From the NCBI GenBank assembly GCA_965209085.1, contig OZ242376.1:448001-512000 (forward strand): 64,000 nt of DNA, read 5' to 3'. The DNA comes from Nitrosopumilaceae archaeon (GTDB taxonomy: Archaea > Thermoproteota > Nitrososphaeria > Nitrososphaerales > Nitrosopumilaceae). Below the pieces are notes generated by a model. It searched no databases and had not been told where the DNA came from. It was given only the letters and a program-made list of their open reading frames with translations. The position numbers and the translations under genes were made by a program. Below, piece after piece: positions 19,924-30,140 of the stretch; the stretch's first letter is position 1; every line of letters starts with the position of its first letter.

Positions 19924-21650
19924 CGCAACTCATCAACGCAGTGTATTACCTGCGATGATGAGACAGCACCCTCCGTATGGAAATAATCAATTGCATCATT
20001 TATCCTCTGATTCTCCGGCTCTGCACCGCCAACTGCACCTGGTAAAATCAGGTGCGCCCTGATTTTGGATTTTAACACATCTGAGAGCTCTTGGTTTACG
20101 GTAGCTGCAAACGGACGGAGAGCTCCGCGGAACACCTCTGCTCTTGCACGCTGCACGCCGCTGACTTTACCTGCCGGCATTTGCGGCCCGATAATGGCGA
20201 TAATCCCTGTTTTTCCAACATATAATCTTGGATCCTTTGATCCTCCGGGTACAAACAACTCGAGTGCGCACTGTAAAACGGATGCGGGCGTATTGACAAA
20301 CCTGTCCACAAACTCGTCCCACTTTGCGCGCCCAATCTCTGTAAACGATACATCCGGTACATCGCCGGTAAAATGCAACATCTCTGCAATGGGGCCAATC
20401 TTTTCTGATGCAGTATTCATCCATTTTGTGATCTGCATTTGATCTGCAATGTCAGTTTTGTGCGAATGGAATTTCTCCGATATGGATGAGGCAAGCGCCT
20501 CTTTTGCATAATTGTCTATCATACAGACTACTTTGGCACCGCATGATTCTGCATGGAATGCTGCAGAAATCACCCTGTCAGCATCAGATTTGTTTGACGG
20601 ATTTACAGTTATAAAGACGCATTTTCCTGCAAGATCCGGTTTTGGAGATGCCGGTGTGCCAGATCCAACGTGCGGCCGTACAGGATAAAACACCCTGTCC
20701 CCTGGAATCACCTTGCCGTTTAACGTAGCAGATGTTGCATCGCCGCATAAAATTAAAACCATATCTGCCACCTGCGTCTGTGACAGAAACTGTCCGTCAG
20801 CTATCATGCGTGACGTGTTTTTTTGTATCTTTTCGGCAACTGTTGATATCTTTCCAAGCAGACTGCGCAGTGTTTTTTCATTATCTCCTGCAACAGCTTT
20901 GGATATTGTCTGCTTATCCTCGCCAAGCAGCGGCAAAACCTTATCACACGCTTTTTCTGTCTCTTCAGGATTCATATCCTCAAATCCTGACACGCGCATG
21001 AATTCTGCAGCTGCCTTTGGATACACTGTCTTGTATATCCTATCCGAATGCACAGGTCCCGGATTTGTTGCAATGGATGCTATGTTTTTTGCAACCAGCT
21101 CCCATGAGAGCGCCTCTGAGAGTCTGTTCTTTGCACCCTGTGCTGCAGTATACGGACTGCGAAATCTGTATGGGCGCTGCTCAAGCGGACGCTCTTCTGT
21201 AAAAAATGTCGATATTGTAATAATTTTGGCATTCTCTGCAAGAACCGGCAGGCTGCGAATACTGGTCCAAAACGTTCCAGTCAAATGTATTGCAACCGCA
21301 CTTTTGAAATCCTCAATTCGCATATGAGAAAAACACATCACGGGACCGGAGATGCCCGCATTGTTCACCACATAGTCTATCTTTGTGCCGGATTTTTCAA
21401 TTGCATCAAACATGCCATCTATCCCATCTGCATCACTCACATCGACTCCATCGTACATGGTAACTGATGCGCCGCTGCCTGATTCTGAGATTACCTTTTC
21501 TATTCCTTTGGCAGCCTCTACAAGAGGTTCTTTGCGCCTGCCAAGTATGATAACACTTGCCCCGTTTTGGACAAATTTTGTGGCTATGGCAAGACCAATA
21601 CCTGTACCGCTGCCCGTAATCAGAGCGGTCTTGTTTTTGAATTTTAACAC
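19920..21650 (-). CDS. two-domain SDR oxidoreductase (malonyl-CoA reductase-like)
   Basis: ITGSGTGIG, VNNAG, PYRFRSPY, NPGPVHSDRI, second degenerate Rossmann domain. Confidence 0.75.
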   Translation of the reverse strand: MLKFKNKTALITGSGTGIGLAIATKFVQNGASVIILGRRKEPLVEAAKGIEKVISESGSGASVTMYDGVDVSDADGIDGMFDAIEKSGTKIDYVVNNAGISGPVMCFSHMRIEDFKSAVAIHLTGTFWTSIRSLPVLAENAKIITISTFFTEERPLEQRPYRFRSPYTAAQGAKNRLSEALSWELVAKNIASIATNPGPVHSDRIYKTVYPKAAAEFMRVSGFEDMNPEETEKACDKVLPLLGEDKQTISKAVAGDNEKTLRSLLGKISTVAEKIQKNTSRMIADGQFLSQTQVADMVLILCGDATSATLNGKVIPGDRVFYPVRPHVGSGTPASPKPDLAGKCVFITVNPSNKSDADRVISAAFHAESCGAKVVCMIDNYAKEALASSISEKFHSHKTDIADQMQITKWMNTASEKIGPIAEMLHFTGDVPDVSFTEIGRAKWDEFVDRFVNTPASVLQCALELFVPGGSKDPRLYVGKTGIIAIIGPQMPAGKVSGVQRARAEVFRGALRPFAATVNQELSDVLKSKIRAHLILPGAVGGAEPENQRINDAIDYFHTEGAVSSSQVIHCVDELR

Positions 21651-21845
21651 GATCTGCTCTCAAATTTGACTCTTTATTTATGTTCAAATTTTGATTCACC
21701 TCATGCCAAAACATGCGATCATTTTTGTCAAATCCGGCATCATTTTGTACAGATTAAATCCTGGGTTCTGTTGCGTTGTCTGGTGCTAGGCGTGAATGTG
21801 GATCTTCTTTGGGTTGAATATCTTATGAACGATTGAATTCCTTTT

Positions 21846-22728
21846 TGATGCGAACCCCTGTAGAAGGAGAACGATTTTTGCATTAAAAATGATAGGATCC
21901 GAGGGCTCATTTTGTCATTGCCCTCCGTGCGGTGCCAAATTCTGATGGCGTCGCATATCCTATTGCAGTGTACTCGGTTCTGATTGTAATCCTCAAAGGC
22001 GTATGATATTGCATTCTCTGCGTCCTGGAACGTCTCAAAGTCGCGCGGCCCGAAATATTCTTTCTTGAGGCTCTTGTGAAAGGATTTCACATGACCGTTT
22101 TGATCTGGCGTATGGTAGTGGATGAATTCCTGCCGTACACCGTATGCTTTTACAGCTTGTCAAACTGTAATGAAACATACTGGGAACCGTTATCTGTTCT
22201 TAGAGTAAGATTTGAGCAATCCGGTTTCTTGGAGGCTAGATCTTCAGTTAATGCTGCAATGGCACCGTCTGTGACCGCTCTTGGCCCAAACGCATATCCT
22301 ACCCACTCGCGGGTAAATACAAAGGATGCTGAATAGATAACACCATCTGTCTTGACCGCACCAAACATACGTCATGTCCACCTGCCAGAGTTGATCAGGT
22401 CCTGCAGGTTTTGGCCGTTTTCTGGAGCGTATGATCTCTTTTTTGGGTTTTGCAGGCGTACTCTAGCCTAGATAATGGTATATTTTCTTAATCTTTTTGC
22501 AGTTTACGGGTTTGCCTGTAATGCAAGATATGGTGACTACCATTCTTCGTGTTCCATACGTGGGTCTGTTCTGAGCAACCTGTTGCACTGGTTTTGAGAT
22601 TTCTTTATCAATTCCGATAACGTGTGGTTTTTTGACAGCATACAGTCTCATGTTGGACGCTCCAGTATAGCGTGCGGATTTGCGAAGACTCAAACCTTGC
22701 TCCTGCATGAGTGTAACAGCTTTCATTG
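21846..22728 (-). mobile_element. IS3-family remnant (orfB integrase core, frameshifted; orfA missing)
   Basis: RPTYGTRR, LRTDNGSQY, SFHKSLKKEY, DYNQNRVH; right end TGATGCGAACCCC at 21846; homologous to 25161-26396. Confidence 0.85.
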
Positions 22729-23048
22729 TAACTGTCTAGAGTTTTGAAGCGATTTGATCATATGATCGAGTATTTTCCATCGTGATCTTTATGGATCAAG
22801 CCCAAACATGACGAATTGTTGTCAGAACGTGACCAAAATAACCTCAATCCTGGATTACTCCACAAGGTATTGCAGGAAAATGCACGGTTATGACGTATCG
22901 ACAAACAACAGAAAAAAGAGAACACTGTCATGAAAATCAAATATTCCCCACTTGAAGTAAAGTATTCCATACTTGAAAAAAATCTGCAGATCAACAAAAA
23001 GAAATAGATGATCTAAAATTCGCAGTAAAAGAACTTGCCGCAAAGAAT

Positions 23049-24213
23049 GGCTCTGTCCATGAATAAAATCAAAAACATACCATAAATCTTTTAGATCATG
23101 AACGTAAATGACCGAAAAAGCTTTGGATCAGTAGATCAGAGCCAATTTAATGAAATCAACAAAGCACAAACGACGAGGAAATCTTGCTAGATCACACCAA
23201 ATGTTAACCTCGATTATAATGAAAGCAAAAAATCAAGGGGTAAAGCCATGGAAACCAAGTCCGTTAGGACAAACCGGCTTTGACCCCCTGGGAATGACTG
23301 TGTGTATTGCCCTAAAGACAATGCAATAACTGTCATACGATGAACTCGTAGATTATCTTGAAGATTCATCACGTTTACGATCAATACCGGACTTGAAAAG
23401 AGTGCCGTCAAGGTCGGCGTTGCAAGTAGCATCTAGAATTGATAAGCATTTCATCACATGGATGATAAATTCTGCAGGCAGACCTGGAATGAAAGGTACA
23501 TTGTACGGGGATTCTACAGGAATTGCAATAAACGGGCATAATACATGGCTTGATGCAAAAAATGGATCAAGGTCCAGACGGGATTATCGTAAATTGCATA
23601 TTGTAACTACTGAAAACGGCATAATCATATCATATCCTATGATATTACCCATGCACGACGCCATGATGCACCAATATTTGAGCAAATATGTGACACACTG
23701 CCGCACGGTTCCGGTCATGTGATGCTTGATGCAGCATATCTTTCACGCAACATATGCACGCTCATAGAAAAGATTGGACGAATTCCTGTAACAATGCCAA
23801 GAAAAGATGTTCGCGTACGTGGATTTGACGCAATGGGAAAGATGCTTCGATGGCATCGTGATAATCCTGATGAATTTCTATCCATATACCACAAACGTAG
23901 CAACGTAGAGGCCACGTTTTCATCCATGAAGAGAAGGTTTTCATCCACTCTGAGTACACGCAAATTTGCAACACAGAAAATTGAATTATGCTTTTTTGTC
24001 TTGTGTTATAATATTCACATTCTAGCTGCCGCAGTCTAGATTCTGACACTTTGTGTCGAATACGATCCTAGCGTATGCTATACTCTAAAACCCAATATTT
24101 GCAATACTGACAAGATGAGCAGGGCTTGATAATGGCGAATTGGTGGACATGTTGCATGATTTTGAATAAATTTGATCGGATTTTATAAAAAATGCTCATT
24201 CATGGACAGAGAT
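23049..24213 (+). mobile_element. IS5-family (IS903-like ends) element with broken DDE transposase
   Basis: perfect 14-bp inverted repeat CTCTGTCCATGAAT (23051) / ATTCATGGACAGAG (24198-24211); fragments GDSTG..YRKLH, LDAAY, YHKRSNVEATFSSMKR in ORFs 23393-23722 and 23719-24039. Confidence 0.8.
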
Positions 24214-24263
24214 CCGCGCGGCAGTATAGTTAAATATCACAATAAAATAATAATTGGAATAAC

Positions 24264-25088
24264 ATGTTGAGAATTCATTCAAGTTTCATTATTTTTATGT
24301 GTATTATATTTATGTCATCGACATTATATACGACATATGCAGAATCCGAGTCAAAAACTTGTAAAGAAAGAGGGGAAGCATTTACAATTGATAAATATAA
24401 TACTACTGGGTATGAATTAATTCACATAATATCACACCCAAATCATACTGGAGATATCAAGCTTACATTATGTTGGATAGTTGATAATCAGATACAAGTT
24501 GGTAAATTAATAACATTAGATGCTAAAGCAAGTAGTGAACGCTATGCTATGAATAACAGTAATGATAAAATAACCATAACTTTTCCGAAGGAAGTCATAA
24601 ATTATTGGGAAGATCCAAATCATACAAGACAGTTAAATTATACAACGTCTAACCAATTAGTTTTGATACAAAATAATTCTATAATTTTTGAATCGAAACC
24701 AATTAATTTTCGATTTACTGTACCAGAAAATATTTCAATCTCATATTGTGAATATTTTCCAGATGAAGAATGTTTTAATGTAACTAGTTTACTTCGACCT
24801 GCATCATACTATTTAGATCAAGAAATTAAATTAATTGAAAAAACATTAAACCTAACTAAAAAAACATTAGAACTAACTAATAAAACAGCAATACTGACTA
24901 TGAAAATATTAGATTTAAATGAGAAAATGATACAATTGACTCTCATTATAGTAACATTGACTCTCATTATAGCAGCATTGACAATTTTAGGTTTTGTTGA
25001 TAGAATGTCCCACAAACTATTAACTCGTTTAAAAAAAGCATTAATAATTCGTTTAAAAAAACTATATATGAGGTCACCTCATGACTAA
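24264..25088 (+). CDS. AT-rich hypothetical membrane-anchored/secreted protein
   Basis: N-terminal signal-like helix, heptad coiled-coil before a C-terminal TM; cargo between IS elements. Confidence 0.7.
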   Translation: MLRIHSSFIIFMCIIFMSSTLYTTYAESESKTCKERGEAFTIDKYNTTGYELIHIISHPNHTGDIKLTLCWIVDNQIQVGKLITLDAKASSERYAMNNSNDKITITFPKEVINYWEDPNHTRQLNYTTSNQLVLIQNNSIIFESKPINFRFTVPENISISYCEYFPDEECFNVTSLLRPASYYLDQEIKLIEKTLNLTKKTLELTNKTAILTMKILDLNEKMIQLTLIIVTLTLIIAALTILGFVDRMSHKLLTRLKKALIIRLKKLYMRSPHD

Positions 25089-25160
25089 CAAATTAGTCAA
25101 TAACACACGATCATCTAGATCCAAATACCATCAATAAATAATACATCTCATGAGCAATCG

Positions 25161-26396
25161 TGGTGCGGATCCCTGTACAATGAGAACGATTTTTGCATTA
25201 AAAATGATAGGATCTGAGGGCTCATTTTATAATTGCCCTCCGTGCGGTGCCAAATTCTGATGGCGTTGCATATTCTATTGCAGTGTACTCGGTTCTGATT
25301 GTAATCCTCAAAGGCGTATGATATTGCAGCTTCGGCATCCTGGAACGTCTCAAAGTCGCGCGGACAGACATACTCTTTCTTGAGACTCTTGTGGAAGGAT
25401 TCCACATGACAGTTTTACTCTGGTGTATGGTAGTGGATGAATTCCGACCTCACACCGTATGCTTTTACAGCTTGTCAAACTGTAATGAAACATACTGGGA
25501 ACCGTTATCTGTTCTTAGAGTAAGATTTGAGCAATCCGGTTTCTTGGAGGCTGAAGCTTCAGTTAATGCTGCAATGGCACAGTCTGTGACCACTCTTGGC
25601 TCAAACGCATATCCTAACCATTCATGGGTAAATGCAAAGGATGTTGAATAGGTAACACCATCTGTCCTGACCGCACCAAATGTACGTCATGTCAGCTTGC
25701 CAAAGCTGATCCAGTCTTGTGGGCTTTGGTCGTTTTCTAGAGCGTATAATCTCTTTTTTGGGTTTTGCAAGCGTACTCCAGCCCAGATAATGGTATATTT
25801 TCTTCACTTTTTTGCAGTTTACAGGCTTGCCCGTAATACGGGACATGGTGGCAGCCATTCTTCATGTTCCATATGTGGGTCTGCTCTGACCAACTTGTTG
25901 CACCATCTTTGAGATTTCCTTGTTGATTTGAATAATGCGTGGTTTTTTCGGAGCGTACAGCATATTGTTGGATATTCCGGTATAACGTATGGATTTGCGG
26001 ACACTGAAACCTTGTTTTTGCATGAGGGTCAATGCTTTCATTTTGTGCTCTCCTCTAACGTTTTTTTAAAACATCATTGGCTATGGTCCGCTCTCCAATG
26101 AGTTTTTTGAGGGATTCATTTTCACTTGTAAGCGTCTTGACTGCATTGTCCCTAGGCTTTCCGGAAAGAGCAGCTTTGCAAGATTCAATGAATGACTCCC
26201 CCAACGATTGAACATTATCGGACTGATATTGTGTCTGCGGCACAGCTCAGCTTGGGTAATGCGTGTGTTTAATGACTCCATAATGATACGCACCTTTTCA
26301 TCTGGAGCACGATGTGGTTTTTTCATTGGCAAATCCACTCCAGAGGGGGTAAAATTTGTAACACTTGGAGTATTCTCATTTTATGGGGTCACTCCA
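25161..26396 (-). mobile_element. IS3-family element, full length (1236 bp), transposase pseudogenised
   Basis: imperfect TG..CA terminal repeats TGGTGCGGATCCCTGTACAATGAGAA / TTCTCATTTTATGGGGTCACTCCA; orfA HTH (EKVRII..QAELCRRHNIS), orfB WQADMTYI, ESFHKSLKKE; several frameshifts. Confidence 0.88.
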
Positions 26397-26552
26397 ACAT
26401 TCGCATACAAGACCGTTTCCAGTTCTAGAGACCGTATGGTATTTGTCGGGTGTGGTCATGGATTTTATCTTGAATTGATCAACGGCAGTTTAGATATTGC
26501 GTTTGGTGTGACGAGTATCTGTTTTGCTTGTCGTTTACGAGTGTTCACACAA

Positions 26553-26600
26553 TAGGTTACGAATTAGGTTATTTATAGATTAGGTTATCGAATAGGTTAT
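26553..26600 (+). promoter_or_regulatory. four TAGGTTA direct repeats around a TTTATA box (probable operator/promoter)
   Basis: TAGGTTA at 26553, 26565, 26581, 26593; TTTATA at 26572; immediately upstream of an AbrB-like gene. Confidence 0.55.
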
Positions 26601-26601
26601 T

Positions 26602-26814
26602 ATGATGTCAGATCGTATGTTATGTGTGGGAGAAAAAACAAATTTAGTGCACGCTAACAAAAGTGATTCATTACGTACGACAGTTCCATCTAGTATAGTA
26701 AAACAATTTGATTTAGGTGTGGGAGATCAAATTGAATGGAATATTGTTGCATGCGATAATAAAATTGGTTTGAAAGTGAATATTCATAAACAACAAATTG
26801 ATAAGAGTGATTAA
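26602..26814 (+). CDS. AbrB/MazE/SpoVT family DNA-binding protein
   Basis: SDSLRTTVPSSIVKQFDLGVGDQIEW swapped-hairpin signature. Confidence 0.8.
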   Translation: MMSDRMLCVGEKTNLVHANKSDSLRTTVPSSIVKQFDLGVGDQIEWNIVACDNKIGLKVNIHKQQIDKSD

Positions 26815-26815
26815 A

Positions 26816-27349
26816 ATGCTAGTAGAACAAAAATACAATACTATCGTGATTGATCCCCCATGGAGAATAACCACAACAGGACCAAATTCTAAACCGTGTA
26901 GGGGGAAAATTAAGAGACGATTATCTTATAAAACTATGAGTGATGGTGAGATTGCGAATTTTCCTATTGATGACTTTGCCTCTAAACAATGTAATCTGTT
27001 TATTTGGACAATACAAAGTCGGTTACCGACAGCTATGGAGATTATCAAAAAATGGGGATTTCATTATTACTGTACATATACTTGGGTTAAGAATACAGGC
27101 ATTACTATGCAAGGAGTTTTTAGGAATAGTGAGTTTGTTGTTTTTGGGTATAGAGGTAATTATGATATTCCGTTTAAAGGGAAATCCATGCCCACAGCTT
27201 TTAACGGTAAAACGAGCATTCACTCTGAAAAACCTGATGAATTTTATGAAATTATAAGAAAAAAAACAAATACACCTAGAATAGATATTTTTGCTCGTAA
27301 AAGACACTATGGTTTTACTGCGTGGGGGGATCAAGTTCATGAACACTAG
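26816..27349 (+). CDS. MT-A70 family N6-adenine methyltransferase
   Basis: YNTIVIDPPW, LFIWT, WGFHY..TWVK, HSEKPDEFY, IDIFARK, WGDQ. Confidence 0.9.
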   Translation: MLVEQKYNTIVIDPPWRITTTGPNSKPCRGKIKRRLSYKTMSDGEIANFPIDDFASKQCNLFIWTIQSRLPTAMEIIKKWGFHYYCTYTWVKNTGITMQGVFRNSEFVVFGYRGNYDIPFKGKSMPTAFNGKTSIHSEKPDEFYEIIRKKTNTPRIDIFARKRHYGFTAWGDQVHEH

Positions 27350-28819
27350 ATTTTATGCAATTGACCAAAAAAGCAATTTTGACGGATCGAAAGATCTATG
27401 ATCAAGGATCACATTCGTACGGCATGTGTGCCCCAGACAAGCGTATAATTGCCAAGTAAGAAAAGAGAATCTCCGAGCTGGAAGCAGAGGTTCAACGATA
27501 CAAAAATATGGTGCAAAGTGGCAATGGAAACAAAAGACAATACATCGACGAACATTTGGACGATATGATTGGCGATGACAATTATCTGTACGGGACGACT
27601 GGAATGGATCGTGAAGAATTTGAATGGATTCAGGAACGGTTCAAAAAAACCGTAGAAAATTCATCAGAGACTCCACGCTTTTCAGAATATGTCAACGATC
27701 CTGGAAACACCTGTATTCTCACTGCATCCCAAATTTTGTTTGTCAGTGCCGCAAACGCAACAATCCTAAACAGGAATTGCTTGCGGCCATTACAGGCGTT
27801 GATCAGAGCACCATCAGCAGATATCTGACCTTTTCTGATGAACTATTGATGGATATTCTTCCAACGGCTAAGAATATTGGTGCTGCAATACGGGCAATAC
27901 GTACAAGCGAGTTGTTTAAAAATTCGTACCCGGAAGGGATGGCGGCGAGTTGTATCTTGATACCACGTTTGTACAGGTTCAAAGGCCGCAGGAGAATCAA
28001 GAGGCAGTATACTCTGGAAAGCGCAAGAGGCACGTCTACAACGTACAGATAACCTCAAACAAAGACGGGTTGGTACTTGACATTGGTGGATCTGAAGAGG
28101 GCTCAGCACACGACATGGAGGTACTGCGGCGTAATCCGCCAAATTTTGGCAAATGGACTGATGGCATGAAAAATTCTGATACAAAAAAAGAGCGCCAAAT
28201 TATGCTATATACTGACAAGGGATATCTGTCCGTGGAAAAAGATTATCCTGGAATTATCTCAAAATAGCCGTACAAAAAACCAAAGGGTAAAGGGCTGACA
28301 GAGGCAAATCGTGAATACAGCAAGAGGATCAGTCGTAAGCGCATAAAAGTAGAGCATGCCATAAACTGGCTCAAATGGTTTCGTAGAATGAGTGCCATAT
28401 ATGATGACACAATGGATGCGTTTTATACAGAAATCCAAGTGGTTACAGGACTACCAATCTGCACATCATGTTAAAGGATCGCAAGTATATCGAACCGTTG
28501 GAAAAAGTCTGCCCTCAAATCAAGTAGCACATCTGTGCACACAGTCACGTATAATATTCTGCTTTATGTCTTGCATATGATATTTTGATTTATTTTGTTG
28601 TCTGCTTGAAGGTTTTAGGCCATGTGTACTTTGATCATGGTAATGCCATAGTTGGAATCATATGTCTTTGCAGTTGATTATGCATAACCATATGTGAAGG
28701 GAGCTTCTAAGACCACAGATGGTTGTAAGAATGTCAAACGATCCGTATCACCGAAACGTAAATCATCTAAAAAAGATCCAAATGCAAACAAACAGATTAC
28801 CACATATTCTGGGAAGAAT

Positions 28820-29815
28820 ATGTTTGTTGGAATGGACGTTCACAAGAAATTTCTTCAAATTGCAATGATGGATGAAAAAGCCAAAGTGATTTTTAATGAG
28901 AGGATTGAAAATGAAAACAAGTCCATCAGATGATTCTTCAGATCAAGTGTACCTGAAAATGCAAAAATCGTAATGGAATCTTCGTCCGTATGGTACGGAT
29001 TATATCGATACATGACAGATAAAATGGGTTATGATGTCGTATTGTCAAATCCATGGGCGACAAAAATCATCGCCGCATCCAAGAAAAAGACCGACAAGAG
29101 GGATGCTGTAACACTTGCAGACCTATTACGGTGCGGATACATATCCCTCTGTCATGTCTCAAACAAGGACATAGTGGAACAACGGCAACTTGTACGATAT
29201 CGCGACAGTCTTGTCAAGACAAGGACAACTCTAAAAAACAAAATACATGGAATTTTGTTACAGGGAGGGATAAAGATCTTTGGAGCAACATTTACGCTTA
29301 CATACAATAGAAAACTGCGTTCTCTAAAGGATTATCGTATAAACGGATATTTGGATTCTATTGGATTCGTTAATACAAAAATTGCAGACTCAAACATAAA
29401 AGTACACAACGCATCCGGCTCAAACAAGGATGCAATGTTGCTCAAGACAATACCTGGCATAGGTGATTTTATTTCATTGATACTGGCAGCAGAGATTGAT
29501 GGAGTTGAGAGGTTTTCTGAACCAAAACAACTCAAATCATATGCCGGTCTTGCCCCATCGGTTCGCAATTCAGCAGATGTGGTCCATCATGGACATATAA
29601 CAAAAAGAGGCAGCAGGATGATGCGGTGGGCACTGGTGGAAGCTGTTACCACCCATGTCCGATTTGCATCAGAGAGTAACATTTCTGAATTTTACCGGCG
29701 TCTTGCAGTAAAGAGAGGATCATCCAAGGCCAAAGTTGCAGCAGCGGCCAAGATGCTGGATATCATATTTCGTATGCTAAAGGATAGGAGTGAATTTGAA
29801 ATACATCATAGTTAA
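28820..29815 (+). pseudogene. IS110 DEDD recombinase with one in-frame nonsense codon
   Basis: GMDVHKK, MESS, KTDKRDA, TIPGIG, AEIDGVERF..YAGLAP..ITKRG; TGA at 28931-28933, same frame before and after. Confidence 0.88.
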
Positions 29816-29819
29816 AGCA

Positions 29820-29930
29820 ACAAACCGCGAGTTAGAGTTTGGGGATGTTACCCCGTTGTATAACTGCGGTAAGCTTTAACATGTGGACGAAGATGGTTGT
29901 GGGATTAAATCCCGAATGGATAGATGTCTT
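29820..29930 (+). ncRNA. putative bridge/seek RNA (target-binding and donor-binding loops)
   Basis: stem ACCGC/GCGGT with inner GGGG/CCCC and loop strands TAGAGTTT + TGTATAA matching the target; stem GACG/TGTC with inner GGGA/TCCC and loop strands ATGGTTGT + ATGGATA matching the circle junction; transcript boundaries unknown. Confidence 0.75.
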
Positions 29931-30140
29931 TTTACCTTTTGACTGGAAACAAACACATAGCGAAAGCCATACCGCATGACACAAAAAAGCAAGAAACCTT
30001 TAAAAAGTATTCACATGGATAAACTCTATTGGTTATGGATACAAAATAGAATGATGTGTTGGATCACGTACATAAATTTTGATTGTTTAGCTAAATTGGA
30101 CTATATGTAGATCTATTAATAAATATCATTAACGATAATA

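Larger units (their letters stand above)
28684..30022 (+). mobile_element. IS110-family (IS1111-type) element
   Basis: ATAA core at both junctions (28684, 30019), subterminal IR ATGTGAA/TTCACAT, recombinase ORF and about 200-bp 3' non-coding end. Confidence 0.85.
27347..30028 (+). mobile_element. IS5-family (ISL2/PIF-like DDE) element, pseudogenised, with an IS110 element nested in its right TIR
   Basis: left TIR TAGATTTTATGCA; right TIR restored as TTATGCATAAACTCTA once the IS110 is removed; transposase fragments 27508-28470: GVDQSTISRY, LDTT..QRP..YSGKRKRH, GSAHD, DKGY, RIKVEHAI. Confidence 0.82.

Noticed and set aside
22729-23048. Additional transposase fragment between the IS3 and IS5-type elements
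   Set aside because: Coiled-coil-like broken frames without a recognisable catalytic motif or paired ends
26040-26075. Functional IS3 orfA/orfB frameshift site (T TTA AAA AAA)
   Set aside because: Standard IS3 feature in an element already broken by several other frameshifts
28931-28933. Selenocysteine or programmed readthrough at the IS110 TGA
   Set aside because: Non-catalytic position, no SECIS-like element seen, and neighbouring IS genes are all decayed; a simple nonsense mutation is more likely
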